The position numbers and the translations under genes are program-made. A stretch of DNA of 64,000 nucleotides from Podarcis pityusensis (lineage: Eukaryota), in assembly GCA_964106645.2 (NCBI GenBank), contig OZ067046.1; one strand, written 5' to 3'. Under the pieces are notes generated by a model that saw only the letters and a list, made by a program, of their open reading frames with translations, was not told where the DNA came from and did no database searches. This document shows, piece by piece, positions 49,361-60,629 of this stretch (within the stretch, counting starts at the first letter, position 1; the number at the start of each line of letters is the position of its first letter).

Positions 49361-51765
49361 CTTTAGGGGTTTAGGAAAGTGTCCTGGGGAAAGGCAGATG
49401 TTTTCCTGCATGTGCTCACTGCAGGGGTAAGTCTAGCCATGTGGTTCACAAGCCAGTCTTGAGCAACTCTGTCAGCCATATAAACCGAGATGGGCCACCA
49501 GGTTCATGAACACCTGGCACTTCTGAAAAATGAAACAGCAGACCTAAGCCCAAAGTTAAAATTGTGTATTGCTGCATAAATATTACAAATAATTTATTTT
49601 AGTTTCTGTTACACTGGTGTGAACATTCTATGATAATGTGCAAAAGAAAAGTTAACAGGTGGATGCTTAATTAAGTTATTCATAAGAACTGGAAGAAAGA
49701 GAAAAACCATTCTTTTGTATTAGAAGTGCAAAACACAGTTAGATTCCTTCTGACCTCCATTAAAATGTATGCATATCCATGGAGTTTGGTATATTGTACA
49801 TATTTGAATGCTCTATTCCCATACATTGAAATAATTTCCGTTTCAACATTTTGATGTGTTTCTATGGTAGTTGAAACAATATTAGAGCCCTCCAGTGGGC
49901 AAACTCATTTTTCTAGGTTATGGAAATTCTGCTAGGGTAGTGTTTTTATTAACATTTCTTTTGCATTTCCCTTTGTCAGCAAAATGTGTTTTTAGCTTTT
50001 GTTCTAAAGAAAAGTAAGGATATTAGACTTCGCAATAGTTGATAAGAGGTGTGCATCCTTGATGCTAGTGGAAAGAGGTCAAATGTTTGAATGAGAAAAA
50101 TTAAAATTTACATTAGCAATGCTAACTTGGCTCCGTATTCAGGGCTCCAGGTTCCTGCGTTAGAAGTTTGTCAACTTGTGGTGCCACATCAATTGTATAA
50201 TTTGGATTCTCTGAATAAACTGCAAAGCCAGTACAATACTGAATAAGAAAGGGACGACATTCTGCATCGCTCCTTCTGCAAACCAGTAAATGCAATGTTC
50301 TGTGGTTTATAGGTGTGCAATAGTGCTATCTGGGGCTACATTCACATGTTTCCCTAACTGTTAATTTCCACATTATGTCTGAGCTTCCATACAATGTAGA
50401 AGCCACTTCAGAAAACTGATGGAATATAGTGCATGCTTAGTGCTCCTTTCTGCGATTTTTGATTCCAGAAAAAAAATGCCTTTGCGGACCCCTTAACCTT
50501 AACTGTGGGCATAAAATGCTGAAATTTGGGGTGGTATACCAGCTCTGCTTTTTTCATGGGTGAATCGTGGGGGAACAGAAGCATGCATGTGTGAAAAGAA
50601 TGAGGAGTAGTGACCTGCTGTGCCACACAAATACAAATATTTTTTATTTGTGCAGCTAAAACTATTACAAAACAAACTAAAATGCATAAAATGTTACACA
50701 GTTCAAGTAATTATTTAAACCAGGCAGTCAGATAAGATTTTGCTCCCCGAAATAATGTAACTTCTCATCCCCACAAACTTTCCTCCTTAAAATTGCTGCT
50801 CTAAAGGCAAGACAGGCCACTTTTCCAGAGTTGCAAGGAGACCTCTCCCATAATAAAAAGTTACGACCTTGGCCAACTTGTTATGTCTGAGTCTAACCAA
50901 CTTCACAGTATTGTTGTGATGATAAAATGAGGGATAAAGTGAGGCACTGTAAGAAATTGTGGCTCATAACCTTCCACCTTAAAGGAACCGATTCTATGAT
51001 CTTGAGATTTAAGCTATTACGGTATATATTTGATGATGGTGCAGTCATGCTGTCCTTTCCCTCCAGTTGTTTTTTTGTACATATGGAATACTTAGACCCA
51101 GATCTATTGTTATGTGGTGTGGCAGTATACCAGATGAGATGTTCCATATGCTTGTCTCTTCCACTCCTGTGTTTATGCCTTTTTTCCCCTGTGGTGTAGT
51201 TTGACCTTCTGGTCCATGTTCTTGAAGCTATCCTCCTCGGAGCACACAGATTCTGTTATACCCTCAGGAAAAAATGTCAAACACAAGCCCTTCCTTTTGG
51301 CATCCCCATCTCTTTCAAAGCTTGTCGGCTGTGATCCTCGACATTCTTTGTCAGCTTATTTGCTTCACTGGGGCTTGCTCTAAAACGGCACTTGGAAGAC
51401 CAAGCAGCCAGTGGCCTTTGTAGCACAAAATAAGTTGTTTGCATTCAACAGTCACAATAGTTTCGATGTTAGCAACTGCAGATGCTGCTCTCATTGTCCT
51501 AATTTCAGTAGTAGTCTTATGGGCTTGATTCCCTTTCCATGAATGCAAGCTACTGCTGAAACAAATTAGCACTTTGGAGTGTTTTCAGGCCTCCATTGGA
51601 GGAATCTCATAAATCAAATACTGTGGAATTTTTGAAAGCCGTCTCTGGATTCTGCTAAAGTGCAAGGGTGTAAGACTTTCCACAAAGTGGCTTACATCAT
51701 TTTTTTTAAAAAAAACATATTTACAAAACATTGAAATCATCCTCAGAGCAACAGCAGCAAATTCA

Positions 51766-52021
51766 AGGCTCGTCCCCACTTCACTTGTCTTGTGCATAGA
51801 AAAATCATGGATCCGACTGGTTTTCCACTTGTCCTGTGCTTTCTAGAAACCGGTTCGAGTGGTTTTCTGTTTCGCTTCCTCATGAAAATCCACTCTTTAC
51901 AGCTGTATTGGAACAAATGTCAATCTGTGAAAAACCCAATTGACATTTTCTCCAATTTCAAGGTAAGGAGCAGTTTTCCCCTGGGAGAAGCAGTGGGAGA
52001 AATGTAAATGTGGATGAGCCC
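51766..52021. mobile_element. PIF/Harbinger MITE related to 25590
   Basis: aggctcgtccccact / tgtggatgagccc termini; 3-bp TCA duplicated on both sides. Confidence 0.7.
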
Positions 52022-53250
52022 TCAGTAATGATATGATAACCTTAAAACTTAAAAACAATACAAGAAGTTGGGGAGGAGGGAACCAAACCTAATATATGTG
52101 CTGCAAAAGCTCTATGAAGCCTGCTGCCCATGTCTTAACGAAGCAAAAGTCCGAAGAGCCTCAGGCAGGCGTTTGGCAACCAAGTGACACCTGTGGCTGT
52201 CTTGGATGAAAGAGACTAGAATTGGTATCTTTTTTCCTTTTTTCTAACAAAATCTGGCACTAATGGCAGAGCTTCTTTTGGGTGTATGTAAAGTGCCTTT
52301 TCCATGAGGGGAGCTAACCACTGGTTTAAAAAATGGCTCTAAGGACAAAGTATTTCCCCCACCTCCTATAGAAGACATGAAGTTAGCAGACCGTCAAGTC
52401 CAGTCCTCAGCCGCCGGCAGAATTATCCACAGATCCACTTATGCTATAGAGAGTTTCCAGAAGCAGAGAGCAGGTGCTCACTGGTAAGACTTCTCTGTAG
52501 AGCAAATTGTTACAGATTATTCAAGCAAGTAAACTAAGCTGCACACTGCACAGAAGGCAGAAACATGAAGGCGTTCACAATAGCAATGGAAAATAAATGA
52601 TAAAAACATACTTTGCCCCTAAACCCACCAACCAAAGCTCGGGTATTACACCATTCATTCTTTTCTTCTTTAGCCTTGAAAGAAAATAAGAAAGATTTCC
52701 GGAATGGCAGATGCTGTGGTCATAATTACAGTCTTAAACCCTGCTCAGGCATTACTTAGTTCTGCAGAGATGCAGCTCCTTTGCAGTTATTCAATCAAAA
52801 CATTACTCAAGCCATGATCTGAAGACCACTCATAGAAGGGGGTTCTTAAATGCATGGAACTGCCACCTGTGCACAGGGAATTGTAGTGTTTGTCTCCATA
52901 TGAGTGGCCATCTCTGTAAGAAAGGAAGCTGTTGAGAAGTGCATATGTCTTTGCTACTGTGAACAGACTGATCTACTATTAATCACTGTCCCTTACAGCA
53001 GTAGACAAAGATAACTCTGGTTTGCGATGACGAAGCGTGTTTCCCTCCTTCAAAGGTAAAGAGGAAAGAGAGAAACTAACTTGCCAACAAGTGATGCACT
53101 TCTGTGTACCAAACATACCAAAGTACGTGTCTTCAAAAATTTATTTCAAAGCTTTTCCAAAACAGTACGTGTTCGGGCCAAAGATCCTAGCCAATAGGTG
53201 CTTGTGGCAGTTGTATAGAACTCTAGCTCTGGCTCTAGCTCTGTTTAGGC

Positions 53251-53386
53251 CAAGCATAGGCAAACTCTGGCCCTCCAGATGTTTGGGACTACAATTCCCA
53301 TCATCCCTGACCACTAGTCCTGTTAGCTAGGGGTGATGGGAATTGTAGTCCCAAACATCTGGAGGGCCAGAGTTTGCCTATGCCTG
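53251..53386. mobile_element. Near-perfect palindromic hAT MITE
   Basis: 58-bp arms with 2 mismatches around a 20-nt loop; perfect TSD gtttaggc (53243-53250, 53387-53394). Confidence 0.95.
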
Positions 53387-56300
53387 GTTTAGGCATCCCA
53401 AAGGCCTCACATGGTGATGAAGAACATACCAGCTCTGCCTCTGTGTTGCAGTCCCCATTGCCCTCCATGAGTTACAGCAGCCACCACCAACTTGGCATCT
53501 TCCAGTTGGACTACAATTTGTGCTCCAAATCATGAAGGGCAATGGGAACTGTGACCTGGGAAAAGGGTGAGACTCACCGCTGCTCTCCTTTATGACATGA
53601 GAGAATACAGAAAGCTAATGTAGGGCTTCTACCTTGGGAGCGTGGGTGTACTTCTGTAGGTAGATTTTCAGTTTACACAGGTGTTTTGAGGTGCTTCCAA
53701 ACCCCTGAAGAAGCTAATTTAGATAGTGGTCAGTCAAGATGTGATGTGGGAGAGGGGAGTAACGTGGTTGTTGCATGCAGCAAGGACAAGAGTTTTTGAG
53801 TGAAAAAGACCTAATTGCCAACATAAATATAATCCTAAAATTGTTTGTCTCTGGACAGACAAAACCTATTCCGAGCAGTATGTATTTTTTTTTTTTACCA
53901 CAACAGGATGAAAAGATACAAATGAAAGTCCATTAATGAGAGTAAGGATTAACAGGAGCCCACTTTGTGGATGTGCTGCGGTACATTTCCGCAACACACC
54001 TGAAAACAACATACAAAGCTCTGTACTTTTAGGAGCTTTTAGTGGTAAGCTGCTGAACTCTCACAGTGACTTTGCCTTGGATCTTGTTTACCCAGTGAAG
54101 ATCTAGCTATAGAAAACACCATTGTGGGCTTGTGATTGTTTTGCTCTTTTTAAGCAAAAGAAAAACAAAAAAATAGAAAACACTCTTAAGATTGTCAAAA
54201 AGCACAAGGCTGTTATGGGATGGTATGTAAAACTTCATTAGCCTCTTGAATATGTACAGAGTACTGGATATAGAACTAGCTTCTATAAACGAGGGATATT
54301 ATTGTGCAAATTCTCCAGGTGGTTCAAATGGGTTGATGTGTATTCTTAACTGTGCTTAAATCAATAAAAGAAATAAAAAGGGGGTGTCATTTATGATAGC
54401 AACTAGTAATAAACCTAAAGGCTCTTTTATGTCCGTTTTTATCCATTTGCTTCAGTTTTAAAATACTTTCTTCTCAAAGTAAATATCAGATGCAGTAGTT
54501 TTTATATGAAGTCCAGACAAGCCAGATGTGTATTAGTCACTGGTATAATTTGGAGACATGCATGCTGTAGGTAAGCAGGGATATTCTTAGAGTCATTAAT
54601 TATAAGGAGATACCTTGAAGCTTCAAATGCACGAGAGTTCAGGGCAGCAGTGGTTAATCTTCAGATGTTGTTGGATTCCAACTCCCATCAGCTCCAAAGA
54701 GTATGGCCAGCATTCAGAGTTGATGGTAGTTGTAATCCAACAACATGGAGGGTTTTAGGTTCCCTTCAACCAATCCAGTTTTGGGGGTTTGTTTTAAAAA
54801 CAATACATTTTCCATTGCTGTTGATTCAGACTTTCTTTTGTTAACACTGGTTCTTTTTTATTGTTCAAAAGAATTAGAAATTATTTCCCTTCCTGTAGCA
54901 GGTGGTCAGGTAGGCAGTGGCATTCACCTGACCTCTGGTCACTTGTGTCACTCCTGCAAGCCAGGATGGAGACGGGGAGGAGTGAGGAGGTAGTAAGGTC
55001 TGCATGGTGCAATTGCACCAGCAAGAGTACTGGATTGGCACTGCCTGTGTTATGCACCACACTGACCTCACTCTACCAACTGCTGCTGTTCACTTCCACA
55101 GTGGCCAGCATGCTAGCATCTTTCTAAGGGCCTCTATGGTCAATTCCCAAGTCAATAAGCAGACCTTCCTGCCCCTTTTTGCTGCTTTTTGGTGTACGAT
55201 CTGCATGTGTTCCCTCAAGGTTGCTGCGTAACATTTTTTAGGTGTGAAAAATATGATACTCGGGGAGATACCAGGTTGAATCCAATGTAGCGCTATGTGA
55301 ACGTTTTGTCAGCGCAAGGATTTCTGCCTGCACAATGGAATGTTCTCCCCCTAACCTTCCCCCTGCAACCCCTAAATATCTTCTAGGCAATGGCATAGCA
55401 TGGGTGTGCTGCCCTGGGCAGTGATAGGAGACTCTATACCCCTGCTTCTAGGGGTATCTTGGGAGTCCCATACATTCATATGAAGTACAGGGTCAAGTCT
55501 TCACACAGAGTAAAGTGAAGTCCATGTACAGCTTAAGCTCTCACATAAATAAAGAGCCACATAATTATGCGGCATATATATAAATCCAGCAGCTGTTCAA
55601 GGTATGCAAAGTTTACCTTGTAATCTTGAAACCCATTTAGTTAAAAGTAAGTATTGTTATTGTAAATGGAATTTACTGCCAAGGAATTGTAGAGAGGATC
55701 ATAAACCGCCAAGTCCCCATCTATTTTTGTGAAATAATCACTATCTAAATATTCTAGATATAAACTTTGGGCATCCATAATAAAGACACCTCTATGAACA
55801 GAAGTATATTTTAATAGGATGAGCAGGGAAATTGCTTCTTTAAGTGACGTGACTATGGAAACTGAGTGTAAATAAAGAGCAAGGCAGCATTTCAGTCTGA
55901 AGTCAAAAGACAGGAAGTGGGCAGAGCTCTCTGAGACCAATGACAAAATTTCTTCCCTGACATAATCATTACACTGGGGTCCAGTTGAGTTTGCAGATAA
56001 TTTAGTATTGAAAAAATTAATTAGACCTGAGCCTGTAATTGCTGCAAACATTCCCAAGGGACTCTGTATTCTTGGTCTCTGCTTCAGAACCTATTATTTT
56101 GTGTGTTTACATTAATGTTTGCTGCTTTCCCGCATGTTAAGTAGACCAAAAATAAAGAAATGAAAATACTACCCTTTAATACTGATGGAAAACACCAGGA
56201 CTGTTACGGGATGCTGACGCATATATAGTCAAATATTGCCCACAGAATTCACACCCATATCATAAGAAGTCTCAGCTGCAACATTTCAACCATGCAAAAG

Positions 56301-56499
56301 TGATAGCTTTCTGCACCCCAAGCACTACATGCCTTCATCCAGGCAAGCAAGAGGCAGTATTTCAGTTCAAGGATATTCCAGCCATACAAAAGCTCTTGAG
56401 GAACAGAGGGGTAAAATGGAGCGTTCTGGAAGAGGGCAGGGAGCATCCATGGTGCAACATTATGTGGAGCTCCCACTTGTATGGATGCTAATGTAATGC

Positions 56500-57075
56500 T
56501 AAGTATGTTTTGTACTTTTGACTTTATGCTACACATGGGGCTACATTTTAAAGATCCCTTGAAAGCTACAGCTGGTAAAAATGCATCTACTAATAGGGCC
56601 AGAGGGTCGGCAAATATGGCACAAATTTTATCAGCTTCTTTGGTTATCAGTTCATTTCCAGGCTCAGTTCAAAGTGCTGGTGTTTACTTTAAAAACCCTA
56701 AATGGTCTGGGACCAAATTATTTGAAGGACCTCGTTCACCAAAATGATCCCACCCAAGACCTGCTATTGACTTACTCTCTGGCCCACTACAAGCAGAAAT
56801 AAGATGGGCAGATACCATGGAGAAGGACTTTTCACTAGTGACCCCATATCTTTGGAACCCTCTTTTGTGAAAACTCTACCAATCTCCCTCTTGGGAAATC
56901 TTCATGCAAACCTTGAAGACTTTGTGAAGCCATTTCTGAATGATTTCATTCTGACTTTAAAGGGATTTAATTGGTGCGTTTGTCACACTTTGTTCATTGT
57001 GACTTATTGTGGTTGTAAATCTTATTTTGGTAAACTCTAGAGAGGGCTTTGTCCTAAAAGGTGGCATATAAATAT
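56500..57075 (+). mobile_element. L2-type LINE 3' fragment
   Basis: Encodes LWLSVHFQAQFKVLVFTLKTLNGLGPNYLKD, matching the L2 ORF2 C-terminal LHWLPV..FK.L..L.P.YL motif; preceded by KLQLV; 3' UTR ends ggtggcatataaat. Confidence 0.8.
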
Positions 57076-59255
57076 CTGAAATAATTTAGTACCCTTGTGG
57101 TCACTTGCTTTTTGCTTCCAAATGTAGGCATGGAGTCTAAGGAACATTGTGGTTATTTTAGAGGTAGGTTTATGCAGCCAATTTCTGCTTTGCTGAAGCA
57201 TTTTTAAAATATGACATAAGAAACGTTTAGCATATGAATTGGGTAGTTCATCCCCTTCCCCTTTATCACACATTCATGTGATTATGACTGAGAAAAGTCA
57301 AAAGCTGGCCCAGTAATCTGACATTCGGCAGTGCATTTCTCATCCTTTGTTAAGGACAAATCGCGTTTCATTGACTACGTGAAATGTGGAGTTAGTTAAG
57401 ACAACCCAAAGTCCAGACACCTTCCTTGCTCCTTATTTCTGATTGTGGAGCAGTATAATCTGGACGCTGCCTGCTAATCTCTTTGGAGTGTGTTAGATGG
57501 AGGATATTTCCCCTGTGAAGAGGTTGAAGTATTTGACCTCAATACACATTCCAGACTCACAATTCTGTGATCCTAATACTCAATCATCGCTGCAGGAATG
57601 TAAGTTCATTTGAGCACAAATGACAGCGTAGCTCAACTGAAATGACACAGAGAATAAGAAACATCAATTTTAATAGAGATTTGAATCAAGGGATGATGAA
57701 GAATGTAGCACCCTTTGTTCTTTTTTCAAACCTGTGTCTTAGTGGAAGCATTTATGGATGTGTTTATTTATTCACGTATAAGATACAGGCACACCGATGA
57801 TCAATCCTATGCACCTTTTTACCACCACCACATACAATGCCATAATCTCAGTGCACTCGATTATTTCTGCCCTTGTCCAGGTTGTCAAACCAAAAATCCC
57901 ATTATAGAAGATTCCTGGGAGCTCCAGTTCTGCAGATTCATGGGCTCCTTGGTACTGTGAAGTAATGGATGTTCTGTTGTGTTATTGGTCCCCTGTCAGC
58001 ACTTGTTTGCGATTTTTTTTTCAGCTGGAAGAACCTGAAGTGGTTTAAAGACAGCAAAGTTGGTGGAAGCATGCCCATTATATGCCCAGTAGATTAAAGT
58101 CTCTGTGATAACAATTGGAGCCTCCCTGTCTATGGTTTTGCTGACCACTGAGCTTAGAGTGGGCGGAAATGGCACAAAATGCTATGAAATCTGTTTGACT
58201 TTTATGGTCAGATGTGAAGCCGAAAGAGAATTCAGCCTCTGAGCTTGTTTTGAAGGAGCAATAAAAGCGCTAAACAGCAGCAGCCCTGGTCACTCCCTAT
58301 ACATAATTGAAATAGCTGCCCACTGAAGTCAGAATGAGATCGGGGGGGGGGGGGGAGGGAGGGAGCTGTGTAAGTGGCTCTGACTGTTGCTATAACAACA
58401 GCACCTTGGTCTAATTTCTTCTGAAAAATGACTTGCTGCTAGTGGGATGAAGTGGAGCAGCTTTTTGCAGCAGATGAAAGCTCTGTCGACATCCTTAAGT
58501 GCTCCCTTGTTTATGTAGTGGATACTCTATGGTGTGGCCACTATAGTCCTGCTGAAAATTCCAAGATGAGCTAGTCTGCGTGTGGGTGTGTATGTGTGTT
58601 GTAATATGTAGATATACTTTTTAGACTATTAATAAATAGCCCCATAAAGTTTAGCGGTCTCCTAGCCCAGGACCAGGTTCCTCCTTTTATAAATGGCTTA
58701 TAAATAACCCAATACTCACTCATGTCCACCCAAGTCTACTGCTTTGGGAGTAAAAATACTTTGCCCCTTTTTTTTTTTTGTAATGCTATTCCAGGGCACC
58801 CCACCTCATAGGGAACAATGGATGTCAGTTATTTCCACATGTAACATATCCATAGAAACTAATGGATGTTCATTAAATTAAGGCACCCCAATTCCCATGA
58901 GATTTTGCAATTCCTGCAACTTTATCTGTTGCCTGTGAACAGAGCTAAAGTCTTACCGCCATGCTCATCCTTTATACCAGTTTTAAGTAACTTGATTTGT
59001 GCAGCATTGGATGACATGCAGAAGCAAGAATTTGTCTATGTTTATATGTCATGATAAACCATAGTTTGAATAGTTTACTGTGAATGTGGAGATTGTACCT
59101 GTTTCACTCCTCCCCTAGCGTGAATGGGAGCAACAAGGCACAATATTGGCTTAGTGTTCTGTCAAGACTGAGGGACGTGCTTTGTTTCACTCCAAAGAAA
59201 TCACAGTGGGGAGGCAAAGAAGAAACCTTGGCTTCAGATCCCTGGTTTAGATGTA

Positions 59256-59842
59256 CCGTATTTTTCGCCCCATAGGACGCACCGCCCTATAGGACGCACA
59301 TAGTTTTTTTTGGGGGGGGGAATAAAGAAAAAAAATTATTCCCTCCCCAGGCACGGGGCTGGCGCCGGGGGAAGCCCGAGCTTCCCCCGACCCCAGCCCC
59401 CAGAACAGCCTGCTATCCGCAAGCCTAGGGAGCCGCGCCGGTCTCCCCAGGCTTGGGGACAGCTGTGCGAAGCCCGGGCGCGCTGAAGAGGCTTCGAAAT
59501 GCAGGCAGCTCTGCGCAACCCTCCGGAGGCCAGTGCGGCTTGGCGCTAGGCTCCGGAGGGTCTCGCAGAGCTGTGTGGAGCCCGGGAGCGCAGGCAGCTC
59601 TGCATGACCCTCCGGAGGCTGGCGTGGCTTGGCGCCGGGATCCGGAGGGTCGCGCACAGCTGCACGGACCCCGGGGGGCAGGCAGCTCTGCGCGACCTTC
59701 CGGAGGCCGGCATGGCTTGGCGCCGGGTTCCGGAGGGTTGTGCAGAGCTTCCTGAAGCCTGTATTCGCCCCATAGGACACACCCACATTTCCCCTTCATT
59801 TTTGGAGGGGGAAAAGTGCATCCTATAGGGCAAAAAATACGG
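59256..59842. mobile_element. Tc1/mariner-type non-autonomous element with internal GC-rich tandem repeats
   Basis: TA TSD; TIRs ccgtatttttcgccccataggacgcac / gtgcatcctatagggcaaaaaatacgg; subterminal ataggac-gcac repeats. Confidence 0.92.
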
Positions 59843-60382
59843 TAGCACAAAAGCTAGGGATTGTGTGGTGTTCCTGCTTGCACTAAGGAGCAAAGTGAAA
59901 GCCAAACTGTGTTTACCATGACACACAAATTGAGCCACTGGTTCATTTCAGGGAGGGGAAAATACACCCACCCACCTCACACACATTTATTTTCAACAGT
60001 TTTGTGGGAGTGCGGTAGGGCTTTCTCACCGGAACTGAGTTCCGGCACCTCTTTGGTGTGTTCTGGCACCTTTTTAGTGTTGTGGTGCCATTCCCTAGCA
60101 TGCTGCTTGGGGCTGCATGACAGAGGCGGTGGGTGGCCCAGCAATTGGGCGGAGGTTGGTTGCATAAGGCGGCAGCTGATATTTCCTTGCAGCAGTGGGG
60201 TAAGTGGGCGAAGAGGAGAAGGTCCTCCCCCTGAAAAAAACACAACAACTACAGATTCTGTAGCGTGAAGCTGCATTTGGAGTAGTAGCTGTTTTCAGTT
60301 GAGGAGTGTCCACAATGTAAAGAAAGGTTGGGGAACATTTTCCAGCCCATTGGCCAGATTCTGTGATGGATATTCTTTAGGA

Positions 60383-60629
60383 CAGGGGTTGGCAACCTAA
60401 GGTCCATGGGCCACAAGCGGCCCATGGGGGTCATTTAACTGGCCCACGAGCCACGAACCGAGCTGCCCACTCGGCGGGTCCTTGTGTGCTGTGCTAAATT
60501 GGCGCAGCATGGCACAGGGACTTGTTTCTGCAGCGCCGGAAATCGTGGGCGCGCGTGCACAATCCGGCCCATGGAGGGATCTCCGCTAGAGTGAACCAGC
60601 CCAGGCAAGGTAAACCTTGCCGACCCCTG
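60383..60629 (+). mobile_element. hAT (Charlie-like) MITE
   Basis: TIRs caggggttggcaa / ttgccgacccctg; TSD ctttagga/ctttagtg. Confidence 0.9.

Noticed and set aside
59247-59938. Overlapping long ORFs as protein-coding genes
   Set aside because: They lie in the GC-rich tandem repeats of a MITE; low-complexity peptides with no transposase motifs.
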